DNA of 64,000 nucleotides, from assembly GCF_963676685.1 (NCBI RefSeq), contig NC_092349.1, forward strand, positions 69,130,001 through 69,194,000. Reading direction: 5' to 3'. Under the pieces are notes generated by a model. It was not told the DNA's origin. It saw only the letters and a program-made list of their open reading frames with translations, and did not search any database. A program made the position numbers and the translations under genes. How positions within the stretch are numbered: the stretch's first letter is position 1; every line of letters starts with the position of its first letter. This document shows positions 47,695 to 61,300 of this stretch, piece by piece. Source of the DNA: Mytilus edulis (Eukaryota).

Positions 47695-48954
47695 GGAGGT
47701 AATAACGTAAAACGTCGGTCAAGGAAAAACATTCTTCCATTACAAAGATGCATCAATGATATACACGTCTGGATAACACCAGATATAGAATTAGAGGAAT
47801 TCAATGACATCGTTCGATCAGCATATAGCATGTTGTATCTTTTAGCGACAAATATAGCTCAGTTCGATAAAAGATTTCAACATGATAAAATCATAGGTGT
47901 TGGAAGTGCGTTCGATGGAACGAAAATAAAAGAGCTGAACGAAATGGACTTTGTTTTACATGTAAACGTTCCAACTGATAGTACAATACTTGTCGCTGGT
48001 GACGATCCATGCCGAGCTCACATTTCAGTCAGTGAAGGTTCAAAAGAACAATGGAAAGATATGTGTGACTTTTCCGGTTATTTGAGTGATAACTTGTTGA
48101 TTCCTTTTAAAGTGTTATGTGTTCTTAGGAGTTTATTGATAAAAGCTATAGAAGAAATTAATTCAAATACAGATAAACAAAAGATAATCCGCGACTCTGG
48201 GGAACTAAGTTTGGCGTCAAACCAAATTGACGGATCTGGACCTAATGAAATAGTCTACATGCAGTGGATGTCAGCTAATTCTAAAAAAGTCACACAAATA
48301 TCTATTGATATAGTATTTGCTTTTAGGTGCGATAAAGAAATACTTCTTGACATTCGGGATAATATCCGCAAAGATGTTTGGGAGTTTATTTGGACAGAAT
48401 CAGAAGGAGTCGGCTTAGTTACTCCATCACGCGGTAGTAATAAGCGTTGTAGGTTATGTTCAAAGAGGGTGTGTCCTTGTTGGGTTTTCCAGTTCTCAGA
48501 TATTGAATGCAAAATGGTAAATAAAACAATACAAAACAATCACTGGAAATGCTATCGGGTACTAAAATATATATGCCAATCTGATTTTGCAATAAAGAAT
48601 CACACAACCCTTAAATGTCTCAGTTCCAATATGATTAAAAACATAGTTCTAGAACATGATCACACATGCTTTGGAAAGAATACACAGGAGTGTTTCATTG
48701 ATATTGTCAATCGTTTATATTCAGGAGCTATTGATTGTTTTTTACCGAAGTTCATACTACCCAAAACAAACATTTGGTGTTTTGATGAGGAGACATTATG
48801 TCCTAAACCACCAGATCAGATCATTTCCAACCTTTTTGAATTTGTTCACCGACTCAAGGCATCGGATATAAAACACTATAGTTTAACACAAGAACTTCAG
48901 TTCATTCAACGTCATTTACATATCAAGTTTGGGCAAATAGATCAGTCCTATTGA
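47695..48954 (+). CDS. Mab-21 family / cGAS-like receptor (cGLR) nucleotidyltransferase, main exon
   Basis: This is the only long ORF in the window. It has the pol-beta-type NTase signature VGSAFDGTKIKELNEMDFVL (hGS...E-h-D-h) and the third acid in ISIDIVFAF. Mab-21 C-terminal motifs are W..QFSDIE, CYRVLKYI, LSSNMIKNIVL and FLPKFILPKTNI. The track's TTG start lies in a pyrimidine tract ending ttattattttaaag| at 47694. AATAAA at 49047. Confidence 0.92.
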   Translation, partial: GGNNVKRRSRKNILPLQRCINDIHVWITPDIELEEFNDIVRSAYSMLYLLATNIAQFDKRFQHDKIIGVGSAFDGTKIKELNEMDFVLHVNVPTDSTILVAGDDPCRAHISVSEGSKEQWKDMCDFSGYLSDNLLIPFKVLCVLRSLLIKAIEEINSNTDKQKIIRDSGELSLASNQIDGSGPNEIVYMQWMSANSKKVTQISIDIVFAFRCDKEILLDIRDNIRKDVWEFIWTESEGVGLVTPSRGSNKRCRLCSKRVCPCWVFQFSDIECKMVNKTIQNNHWKCYRVLKYICQSDFAIKNHTTLKCLSSNMIKNIVLEHDHTCFGKNTQECFIDIVNRLYSGAIDCFLPKFILPKTNIWCFDEETLCPKPPDQIISNLFEFVHRLKASDIKHYSLTQELQFIQRHLHIKFGQIDQSY

Positions 48955-49202
48955 CCAGAATTTATCGTACTTATTTATCATTTCTCCTTGTTTTATATTC
49001 TGGTTTACATTTTTCATATATGATGGCTATTTATACATAATGTAAAAATAAAAATTTCTTACATCAATAGTTATAGAAACTTTTCAACTTTTGAAACTGA
49101 TACTGTGCAATTCAAATTCAACCACAACATATACAATAGTTTGTATTGAATACCTAGGAATACTTTTGATGTTGATATGTATCTATTTTGTTTACTTAAC
49201 TA

Positions 49203-49314
49203 CTGTGGATTTAATTATTTTCGTGGACAATAATTTTTGTGAATTAAGGAAAACTTACCTCTATCTACGACAGCCACGAAAATTGGTATCCAACGAATAA
49301 TAATAAAACCACAG
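49203..49314. mobile_element. Internally deleted Tc1/mariner-type MITE with TA flanks
   Basis: TA|ctgtggatttaattattttcgtgga ... tccaacgaataataataaaaccacag|TA. Confidence 0.7.
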
Positions 49315-50094
49315 TAATGATATATTCTTTAGTGTGTCGCTGGTTGTTTTTTGTTTGCGTTTCTGCTTCGTTTTTTTCTGTACGTGTTTTTTTATTGTTT
49401 GTTTGTTTGTCTTAGTAGTACACGTTTGCTATATTTTTTTGTCATATTATCTAAAAGTCAATATTTTGACTACAACAAAGTAGCGTATTGTTGTCACCGG
49501 GGATGTCGATTTTACTGTTACTACAAGGGTGAAAGCATTAGGGTCAACAAAAATGTTCAGAACAATATAATTTAATTATGATAAATGATCAAGGAAATAA
49601 CACCCCTTTTTTACTTACCTACCTGAACAACAAGAAATGATTAATTGTGACTTGAAATCGAGTCTATAACAATATTTTTGTGAATAGAAGAGAAAGTCAA
49701 ATGACTAGTTTTCTGAAAAGGGACTAAGATTGAACGAACAAAAACAGTGAGAGCTTTATAGAAATTGGATTTACAAAGATACCTGACATATCACATGCCA
49801 AATGATGTTATTCGTGACAAAAATAAAAGGTATCATAAACATAGACTTGTATTTTTATAGTATGATTATAGACTTTAATTGTGCGTTAACTATTAGTTTC
49901 TTCCAAGTTTATTTACTTCTTCCGGTTAATACCACATGCCAATCCTTAATTTTATCTCAAGTCATTTCGTCGGTAATCGGCAAATACCTCAATTTATAGA
50001 AAAAGAAGATATAGTAAAATTACCAATAAGACAAATCTTTACAAGAGACCATATGACATTGAAATTAACAAATATAGATCACGGTACGGCCTTC

Positions 50095-50570
50095 AACAGG
50101 GAACTAATAGTTCACCAGCAGTGGTATCGACCCAGTGATGTAAAGAAAGGAAAACAACACGTTTAATAATTTAATGCGCCCGAAGCGCTTTTCTGGATTT
50201 ACCTTCATCAGGAACGCTCAAAGCCAAACATTTGAAATCCGAAGATGTACAAGTACCGAAACCGTTGTAGAGCTGTATGTCAAAAATACCTAAAATAAAT
50301 AGCCAAACTCATCTTAAGCCAACTTTGCCTGAGGAAGTTGAAACCTTAGTTTCTTAATAATTTCAAAATTCATAAACGGACAATTTTAGTTAAGTTTGTG
50401 AAATCATGCCAGTACCGAAGTACTGACTTCTTGGCTCGGGGACTGATTGTCCACCAGCAGAGGTATCGACCCAGTGATGTAAAAATAAAATTGAAAACAA
50501 CACGTTTAATAATTTCTTGCGTCCGAAGCGCTTTTCTGGATCTACCTTCATCAGGAACGCTCAAAGCCGA
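50095..50570 (-). mobile_element. Tandem retrozyme array (343-bp period) with two variant-2 hammerheads
   Basis: Minus strand gagcgttc-CTGATGA-aggta(a/g)atcca-GAAA-agcgc-TTC-gg(g/a)cgc at 50176-50218 and 50519-50562. Same family as 32710-33415. Confidence 0.85.
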
Positions 50571-53276
50571 ACATAAGTGTTATATCTTTAAAAAGGATCA
50601 GTACATTTGGGCATTTCACTTATAGATATATGTGATTTATAATTGAATTCAAAATTTATTGCGAGGTTTTTATTAATGCAAATAACACGACTGGGTGAGT
50701 ATCGCATTTATAAAAAAATCGCATTATGATATCTGATACATATAACTATTTGCAGATTTTCCTGAAATAATAATGATAAATGGACGAAATAATTTCTGAA
50801 CTTATGTTATTTTTTAATGGTAAAATTTGAGTTCAAATATATTTTTGGTGAGAAAAAGTGTTAGTTTTTAAAGGATATTTTCCTAAGTCGAAGTATATGA
50901 TGAACAGATATCTTTTACTAATGCCCTAACAAAGAGCTTATAAAACATCTTATATACAAACTATCAGAAAATTTTCTATTAATATAGTCTATAGTAATCG
51001 AAAGAAAACGGAAAGTATGAAATTTATTTTACTTATACATACTAGTACTTGTTTACACTGTATTAAATCTAAATATTTCAAATATTTTTCGTTCTGCAAA
51101 AAAATCGTTTTCAATGCCGGGAAACCTTTATAAAATTTAAACGGATGTACTAATGGTATGAGGTTGATATCTACAGAAGTGCCTTTTGTAGAACGCAACT
51201 GATTTAGAACGACAAGAAACGATTTAGTTAATATTTCCTATCGTTTATCAATGACAACTAGAAACGATCAAACAAATTGTTTTAAGGCTCAAAATAGATT
51301 TAAATTATAGAATTATCCATTATTTTTATTTTACAGAAAGCTAAATGCACTTTTAAAGTACATTAGCACAAAGTAACATGTATTTGTTAAAATAACATTC
51401 CTTATCACAAAACCACAACCAATAAATGCATCCAAGACTTAACCTTGCATCATTTATGTTTTTTTAAATATCCATCTAAGAATATAAATAGTTTACACAG
51501 TTTTTTTTTTGCAATGGAAAATCATTTGTTGCTTAATTAAAATAACGGAACTAGTAAATTTGGTTATTTTAATGACACTTAGGTTTTTTTTAGGCAATAC
51601 TACATGTACCTTTAGCCAATATTCTCTTTGTCTGCATTCTCACATCATACAGCAGTGGTATATTCTCACAAACCAATCTCACTTTGAAAAAAAATGTGTT
51701 TTTGTGTTTCCTTAATTTGTTGACAATTTTTGTGATTGTGATTAAAAATAAAACAATGTTGACTGGTTTACCCCTATTTTCTACATTTTTCCCTCTTTTT
51801 TTTTGTTTTTGTTTTGTTCACACGTTGTTGTCAATATAATGGAATGGTATGCGACTGTCATTCAATGAGAGCTATGTTATGTTCATGTATTTAGTTTATT
51901 TGTTATTCGCATCGGACTTTGTCTAATTCTAAGTTCGTTTCTGTGTGTTTTACATTTTAATGTTGGCCGTCATTTTCTTGTATTTAATGCGTTTCCCTCG
52001 GTTTTGGTTTATGACCCGGATTTGTTTTTGTCTATCGATTTATGAGTTTTGAACATCGGTATACTACTGTTGCCTTTATTTAACCTTGCTATACAACCTG
52101 GTTTAATCCACCATTTTCTACAAAACAAGATGACTGTACAAAATCAGGAATATGAAAGTTGTTGTCCATTCGTTTGATGTGGTTAAGCTTTTGTTTGCCA
52201 TTTTTCAAGGAATTTCCGTTCTGAATTTTCCTCAGAGTTCAGGTTTTTGTGATTTGACTTCTTCTTAACTTATCAGCATGCAAATAAGGTTCTACATCCT
52301 TTTTTTATTAACTAACTGTTCGTATGTTAAACAAGTGGATCTTTATGCTGATTGCTGTAGAATATGTATGTATCAGAATTCGATAATTTTAGTACATCTT
52401 TTTCTTGTTTCTTAATTATCACCGAATGAGACTTCCCACCAACTTATCACGAGTAATATAATTAATTATTATATTACCATCAATCTTCGAGATAGCAAAT
52501 GTTTAGTAAATTACCAGTTTATATCGCATTTGTTGTTGTTAAAACTGAACTACACAATTAACAACAATGCTTATGCTATACATGTATGTTGCATATTTAT
52601 ATATATATAATTATATATATATATACCTTTCATTGCTTTATGCCGTTTCATATATTAAAATCGTTAGCTTTAAAAATCAAAGTTAGAGCAAACCTAGATA
52701 CAAAGCACACAGCAGTCGCTAACAGAGTGAGAAGTATTGATCATATAAAAAAGAAGATGTGGTATGATTGCCAAAGAGACAACTGTCCACAAGAGACCAA
52801 AATGACACAGACATTAACAACTATAGGTCATCGTACGGCCTTCACCAATTAACAAAGCCCATGCCGCATAGTCAGCTATAAAAGGCCCTGATATAACCAA
52901 ACGAGAAAACTAACGTCTCTTGTTCTTTTTTGGTATCCTTGTTTTAATTTAGACATTGAGGTGGTCCTATGTTAATACAAAATTTCTAGAATTCAAATAT
53001 TTGTTCCATAATATTAATTTCAGATATTTTTCCAACAAACATTGTATGACCATCACATTGAGGATGATCAGTGAAGAAACAATAAATTGTTTTATTTTCA
53101 GTATATATTAACAATATTTATTCATCAACCACTATTATAATACATTTTATTTTGTACTTGTTTTTCTGTGAATCGAAAATAATTATAAATATTGTCATGG
53201 TAATTGTGTTCCATCTCTATTACTTCGTCGGTATCCTATTACCTTTCAAGATACATTTTTTTCTGTTATATTTACA

Positions 53277-53458
53277 AAAGAGGGACGAAAAATACCAGAG
53301 GGACAGTCAAACTCATAAATCGAAAATAACCTGACAACGCTATGGCTAAAAATAAAAAGTACAAACAGACAATCAATAGTACACACAAAACAACATAGAA
53401 AACTTAAGAATACACAACACGAACCCCGCCAAAAACTAGGGGTGATCTCAGGTGTTCT
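53277..53458. repeat. Dispersed repeat family D (also ~6180-6380; fragments at ~13435-13500, ~18480-18520 reverse, ~19240-19270 reverse)
   Basis: Shared aagagggacgaaa(g/a)ataccagagggacagtcaaactcata...aaaact(a/g)ggggtgat(c/t)tcaggtg. Confidence 0.65.
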
Positions 53459-54039
53459 AAATCTCAAACAATTTTATTTTTACAATATTATTGACTGGAA
53501 TATGCATGCTCTGTTGACGAGAATGTCGCTTCGACTCCAGAACACTTTGACAAAAAAAAAGCAATGCGGGAAACCAAAGAGCTCAGATATTCTCATTTAT
53601 TAGGTGCATGTTAAATGGCGCAGTTTTTACTTATTAGAACATAACCTGGTTATCTAGTGTCGGGATTAAAAAAACATATGTTTATTTTGTTAGATATAAT
53701 GCAAGCAGTTGATTGATAATAGAACAATGAGGTTTTAAGAAATAATATCTTTTTTTTTTGTTATTGTAATATAAACTATGGAGTAGATTAAAAAAGAGAA
53801 CAAAAAAGTGTAATACGTTTGTGTTTAGACAAATATAAAGTTTGCATATATAATGAATATTCTTTTTTAACATCTTCCTGAAATTCATTTCTCTAGACGA
53901 TTTACAATATGTTACTTTCGAAACATTAACAATTTAAGTCAGCACTCTATATTGATATGGTTACACACATTAAACTGAGTCATTAGGTATTGCATGCATG
54001 TATAGGAAGAAGAAGTCGTATTCTTCTAACAAAGAAATA

Positions 54040-54610
54040 TCAATAAAAAAACAAGGTAAATTTAGGAAAAATTGAATACTAAATTGCAAGGGAAGCTTAC
54101 TAAGGATGATTTATTCTACGGCGGATTTAATTGAAGTTGTTCTTTACTAATTATAGAATATGCTAGTCAATGATATTGATGTGCTGTCGTTAAAAATATA
54201 ATTGTAAACTGCGGAAGATATAATTTTTATTTCAATTTAAATATTTTGGTATGAAGTACTCCAGGGAAGTTCAGTAAATATATTACTTCCATAGTTACTC
54301 TATATTTAGTAACTGTTTACTAATTTTAGATTAGTGACCCGTCAGTTGTCAGAATTAGAAGATATCATTCCATTTCTTTAATTAAATTTCCTGATAACAG
54401 GACAAGGAACATCCTTATGAGAATTACTGATGTAATAAAACGAATTGATTGTCTCTTCAATTTGTAGATGTCCATCCTGGTTTCTATGTTGTATTATAGT
54501 AAAATGACAGACCAGTTAAGACCCTGATATTTAATCCTTATATGAATACGACTGAGACAAGTTCCTGTTAGCATTTGTTTAAAATGTCTAACAATGTCAT
54601 CGTTTTGAAT
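54040..54610. repeat. Third, more diverged partial copy of the 58.3-64 kb duplicated segment
   Basis: gtactccagggaagttcagtaaa...atagttactctatatttagtaactgtttactaatt...ggaacatccttatgaga...actgagacaagtt also occurs at ~59095-59415 and ~63045-63365. Confidence 0.85.
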
Positions 54611-55032
54611 AGTTTGAATTGTTTTACATTGTCATATCGGACCCTTTTATAGCTGACTATGCGGTATGGGCTTAACTAATTGTTGAAGGCCGTACTGTAA
54701 CCTATAGTTGTTCATGTCTGTGTCATTTTGGTCTCTTTTGGACAGTTGTCTCATTGACAATCATACCACATCTTCTTTTTTCATATATTAACTTTTTATG
54801 TTTTAAATATTTTATAATTTTTCTTGTCATATCTTTTTCTTTTGAGACTGCTGATGGAAAATGGCAAAAGACTAGACGGTTACAAAATAACCACTAAACC
54901 TATGTTTCCTAAATTCGTTAAAGTAAATCAAATACAAATCAATATGAAATATCACAAAAAATTAATATAGATAAACCTTTAGAATATTATCGAAGAAAAA
55001 AAACTACAAAAAAGCCTATGACATACGCTGTA

Positions 55033-55699
55033 TAGTCAGCACTTTTTGTGCTGACATGAATTATTATTGATATGATTATATTTCTGAATTAACTGTTTAC
55101 AAAATTTTTTTTGTAAATACTAAGGCTTGTCTACCTCAGGCATAAATTACCCTAGCTGTAAAACTTTTAGGAATTTTGGTCCTCAATGCTCTTCAACTTC
55201 GTACTTTATTTGGACTTATTAACTTTTTTGGGTTCGGGCGTCACTGATGAGTCTTTTGTAGTCGAAACGCGCGTCTGGCGTATGTACAAAATTTAGTCCT
55301 GGTATCTATGATCAGTTTATTTGAATATGTTCCTGAATTATTTAATAGAAATGAAAGGCAACACTGACTTTTTGATTATGAATACCGATCCAGAATAAGC
55401 ACTTATATTAGGTAAATAGTAATCAAAGGTACCAGGATTATAATTGAGTATGCCAGACGCGCGTTTCGTCTACATAAGACTCATTAGTGACGTTCATATC
55501 AAAATATTTATAAAGCCAAACAAGTACAAAGTTGAAGAGCATTGAGGATCCAAAATTCCAAAAAGGTTGGACCAAACACGACTAAGGCAATCTATTGTGG
55601 GATAAGAAAATACTCATTTTGTTCGAAAAATTCAAAATTTAGTTAACAGGAAATTTATAAAAATGACCACATTATTCATATTCATGTCAAGACAGAAGT
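55033..55699. mobile_element. Two retrozyme units in tail-to-tail inverted arrangement
   Basis: The + copy (~55033-55322) has hammerhead core CTGATGA at 55244. The - copy (~55414-55699) has the mutated core CTAATGA at 55481-87. Confidence 0.8.
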
Positions 55700-58324
55700 A
55701 TAAATCATACATCATGTGCCATTTTTTTTTTTGTTTTCCACGGACAATAGACTGTTAAAAAATGTTTCACAGAATTCTATGCATATTTGGTCTGAAGATA
55801 CAAAGTGTATATATATTTAAATACAACCAATTATTCAATAACATATCTACCGTGTCAGATCAAAACGAAAAAACGCAAAGAAATTCAATACGGAAAGTCC
55901 CCAATTAAACGACAAAATAAAAAGCTCACAAACATCAAATGAAAGGAAAAGAACTGTTATATTTCTGACTTGGTACATGGAGTTGTGACATAACATTTGA
56001 AAAAGGTTCATTACTGTGCTTATACTTTTTAGTTTATAAAGATTCAACGATATGATATCATTTTCCAAAATAAGTTATTTGCATTCCATCGCCACAATAT
56101 AAAAAGAAGATGTCTGCAATCAATAAAATATGAAATGAAGCAATATCATCATACAAATTTTAAGTCTCAAATTATTCATCGTCTTATTATTTCAAAATAA
56201 GGTATGATAATAGATATTTGAAAACAGAAATATTATTATGCAAAAACCTTGATATACTGGCCTTGCAATGTCGGATACTAACTAAAATTTTCTACAAAAT
56301 TACGACCGGTAATGAAATTGACAAAAGTTCTATTATTTCTGTAGTCTATTTTCAAAAAACATTTTGTATTTGTCATGTTTTCGAAGTTCAATTTATATCC
56401 ATTCAAAAGTATATTGATGGTTTTCAATTTGTAAGTAAATTTAAATTATGTAAAAAGAAAATAGCTTATAATTGATTCTGAATTAAAAAAAAAGTTCGAA
56501 AGGACACAAAGCTATTAAAACAAAGAGTAAATTAAAATTACCTTTAAGGGTAATATAGATACTGAAACAGTAAGACCATCACATACAGAAGGTTTTAATG
56601 AGTTATATAATAATAAATCTAACTAATTGATAAAGTTTACTTTTCTTTAATTTCAGTAAATATATCTGAGTTATGCTTCTAGTAACTATTCCAACCTGTA
56701 CACACTTACTTCTGTTGTGCTTTGCTCCTATTTGTTGATATTTTTATCGTTTTATTATGTTTTCCCGGGGTGTATGTTGTTATACATTTCGTTTGTTCAC
56801 ACCTCTCTTCATGTTTTAACTCTTCCTTAGAAAAAATAGTGTGTATGCATGATACATAGATAGTCGTTACGAATCATTAACACATTGTCAAAGAACCCTG
56901 TTTAACTCACTCATAGCATTAGGGTTGTTCATTTTTTGGTTATCTTATTACTCATTTAAGCATGTTGTGCACTTTTCAAATCTACCCCCAAAAAAAATAA
57001 AACCAACGGTATCATAATAACAAGGTGAAACGTTAAGAAAAATATAATTGTTGGTTAAGTTTGGTTTTTCTTTGCAAAAAAAAAGTATCTGGTCATCCTT
57101 AATATAATGAGCCAAAATTCACGACTGAGTTGCTGAATTTTAACACAAAATGATTATAAAAATAATCATCTTGTTTTTCTTACAAATAAGTTTGAATTAT
57201 TTGAGAAAAAATTTCTTCACTTTACTATTACATTTTGTATAACAGCTTCAATATGAAGTTGAAAGTTTAGTACCTGATAAAAGAAAAACTGACGGCATTC
57301 CATACAAATGGGAACTCGTCATTCTTTTGAAAAATTGTATTACTGTATTAAAAGCGCAGAAGTCCTGTGATTTATATTGACAAGGTGTCACGTTTCATTA
57401 CTAAAACGTTCATTTATAGCATATGAAACAATATATCTTCATTTAGCTCTATAGAAGTTTGAAGTTACATGAACTTTTATACGTTTTATTTCAAGTCTAA
57501 ATGTTGTTTTTTGTTTTCTTCAATGTAAACATTTTCAGAATTTTAACCGTTTACAGAAAGAAAAGTACATTCTGTTATTGTGGAATTTAACTACAAACCA
57601 TTTATTTAGTACACATTAGATAATTTATTGTATATATAAGGTGTCACAAATTTGAAACAATGATTTGCTCAGAAATTAGACTATACAAAATTGTATAAAA
57701 AAAAATTGACGAAAGAATGCACTAAACTTATACAATATGATATACACCGTTTCCGTAAAGCTTTACAAAATGAAACCAAAACATTACAAATTGCACGCGT
57801 CCTAAGCGCTTTTCTGAATTAACCTTGAACAGAAATACTCAAAGCCAATTATTTCAAAGCCAAGGTTGTAAGAGAACCTGCACTTTTGAGGAACTTAACA
57901 ACTAATGCAAAAAGAACCTTAAAAAAATAGTGTAATCCATCAATTTTGCCCAGGGAAGTTGTTGTATATAAGTTTCTCACATTCTTTCGACAAAAAACAC
58001 TTGACTGATTTGTTTATTTATAAACATACATTGTTTCTAGTGTTAATGAGAAAGCATTTTTAACAGACATTTTGGGAGTCAGATGCACACTTCATATGCT
58101 TTGATAATCGAAAATAAGTAGATGAATTTTGATTAGACTTTCGATTGGAAACATACAAAATAATATCTAACAATTACACCTTTTTCGATAGTTTGATGTG
58201 CATTCTAAATGATCTATCCTTATCGCTAGGGTTTTTGGCCTTTTCTAAACAGTTGTAAAATTAGTAAAACTCAAATCAATTTGAAAAGTCATGATATGTT
58301 TTAGGTTCTGCTTCTTTTTGTGAG

Positions 58325-61300
58325 TGATTGATAAATTACAGAATACAGATTACACCACTTACGTTATTTCAGAGTTTAACGTTGCCAAGCGCACACGTCC
58401 AAGCAGAACATTCAATGACAAATCAGTATGCCAACGTACGAGCAATTTGTTTATTGAACTATTGACCAAGGTAATATTCCTATTGACTCTTGACTAGAAT
58501 ATGATAAAAAAAAATGTCTGTTTTAAAAAAAAAAGTACTTATTGCAAGTCTTTACACTGGCTGATCCATGCATATTATTCAATTTTAATTATTAAGAAAA
58601 TGATGCCAATCATGGATCCTAGAGTAACAACATAACCTTTTCTGTTTCTGCTTCCAAAGCTTATACGAATAATATTTTTGCCTGACAATGCACACTGCTT
58701 GATTTTTGGTTATTGCTTTTTTTGCGCGTACAGCTTACCAAAAACAACGAATTCCGAGTTAAAAAAAAAATGAATGATACGATTTAAAAGTTTTCAGTCA
58801 AATTCAGCAAGGGACATCACATCCATTTAGCAATAAAACATATTGTGTGTGCAATCTAACAAACATAACCAATTATAAGGTAAATTATAAAAAAAATATA
58901 TTCATGAATTCCAAATAAAATTGAGAAAGGAAATGGGGAATGTTTCAAAGCGACAACTTAAATCATTGCCAATCATATAATATGCTGCTCAATAGTAAAT
59001 AGTATTAATATGAAATTTTATTGTCTGCAAATATAATTGAACATATTCATGATATTAGATGATCTACTTTTTTAGATTTAATCGTTTGATTTGAAGGTAC
59101 TTCAGGGAAGTTTAGTAAAGATATTTCTTCATTAGTTACTCTATATTTAGTAACTGTTTACTAATTATAGGTTATTGACTCTTCAGTTGTCAGATCTAGC
59201 ATATATCATTCCATATCTTTAATTAAACTTCCTGATAGCAGCACATGGAACATCCTTATGAGAGCTACTGGGGTAATAAAAAAGTTGTTGTCTCTTCAAT
59301 TATAAAACTTCCATCCTATTTCCAACTTGGTGAATTAAATTAAAAAACAGACTAATAAAAAACAAGATGTTTTTAAATTCCTATCAAAACCGACATAAAT
59401 AACTGAGACAAGTTCTTCTTAGCATGTGTTTCATATGTCGTACAATGTTATTGTTTTGGTTGGTAAAAAATGCTGTTTTCGTATCTCGTAACACATTGTT
59501 AAATAAGTTTATTAATTTTAAAGAGGATTTTTTTGTATCCTGTAGTCTACCACATTGCCATAATAATAGGCAATAGTACTATACCGCTGCTCGAAAGTCA
59601 ATAAATCTATGATTCAGACTATTTTGCTTTACTTTGTTTTCCTTTCAGTATGCTTTTAAGTGACAACAAATGAAAAATTGTAAGAATAAAAAAGAAATTA
59701 TAAAAACCTCTGAATTATATATTTTTATTTATTTTTTTCTTCAGAATTACACAAGTATTTATATATGATTGGCTTTTTAATTGGTTAGTTTGAGCGTTCT
59801 TCATGCAGGCTAATCAGAAAAATCGATCAGAACGCATGGCTATAACAAGGAGTTTTTATCCATTTAAAACACGACATAAAGAATTCAAAAGTGTAGTATG
59901 CTAGATTTGTGTTAAATTTTCTTGACAGACTAGAGATCGTAAACAAATACGTTTGCAGTCATTTGTATATAATGTAGAAGTAAGAAGATGTGGTATGAGT
60001 GCCAATGAAAAAAATCTCCATCCAAGTCAAAATTTGTATAAGAACACCATTACTAGTATTTGTCAAAGTACGGTGTTTAACACGGATCATATTTGGTTAC
60101 AGGAAAGCGCAATGTAATTAAATCTGAAAAACAACGAATTATTAAAGTAAGATTAACATGATGTATGTCGTCATTCCTACTCAAATTGCACGAGATAAAA
60201 ATTAATTTTTTAGTGTCTTCCTACTTAACAGTTTAAATCAAAGCCAACAGATGATAGCATTTTTGAAAAATTGCAAGCTTCCTCATTTTCAATGCATGTT
60301 TTTCATTCTGATTTATTGATTAATGTGTACTAAATTTTCGTGAACTTCATCAAAATATATCAAATAAGATGATGTCATTATTCAAATCTCTGGTTTTAAA
60401 TAATATATTATTCAATACTCTATCAATGGGGGATTGATGATATAACATAGATATTGAAAACTTTATTCAGAAACATATGGATGTGTATCTGAAGTCTAAA
60501 CAACTTCAATGCAAAGTTTGATCTTAAATAAGATAAACAAAAAAACTTGATTGTTTGGATGTTGTTTGCCTTACACCTTGTGAAAAATATTCATTCAGAT
60601 TAAGGATTAACAATAACAATGTACATATAATAAGAATGATTTGCAATAACGGTTCACTGCATGCAGGATATCAAGAATGCTACTGACAAATCCGTGTACA
60701 TTTGATGAGGAAAGGTCACCTACCGACTTGTAAAGAGTATTTGTAAAAGGAATTAATGTTCTGTTAGCAAAGTACTTATTCTCATAATTAATTAATTGTA
60801 GTCCTAATTCTGACCAGATCCTACTGAAAATGTATATATCATGCACAATGAAACGGACGCCCTAATTTGGCCAGGGTAAAAGAGCTGGCCAGGGTAAAAC
60901 AGCTGGCCAGAGAAAGACAAAATGATGATTATTTATCTATATCCAAGTCAACAAAGAAGTTATTCAAAAAGGAAGAGATGGTCATTATCATACTGCATAG
61001 TCAAAAGTGCCTTTTTTTTTATCGAAGACTACGGCTTATTTTGATTTTCCGCTCAAAAGTCTAGGCATCCCTTATAGGTGTAATATCACCATTGATTTTC
61101 CCCTATTAGTCTTTGTTAAATTTGCACTTTTCAAAAAAATGTGCAGAATTTATCTGTGTTTCAAATAAAGAAATACTTGGCATGAGTAAAGTTTTATCCT
61201 GTCCAGTACTATAGAAAAAATTTCACATAACATTTCATTGCATATAAGAAAATAACCATCATTGGAAGTTAACCAATCAAATTCCTCCCCTTAATTGATC

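Noticed and set aside
32461-48954. cGAS-like enzyme near a phospholipase as a eukaryotic CBASS-like (CD-NTase + CapV) module
   Set aside because: CapV is a cytosolic patatin-fold lipase, whereas this PLA2 is a secreted His-Asp enzyme of unrelated fold. The genes are >11 kb apart with separate polyA signals. Only conserved synteny across species would revive the idea.
60867-61064. ORF MARVKELARVKQLARE...
   Set aside because: Produced by an 18-bp tandem repeat (ggccagggtaaaa(g/c)agct x2.5) with a non-ATG start.
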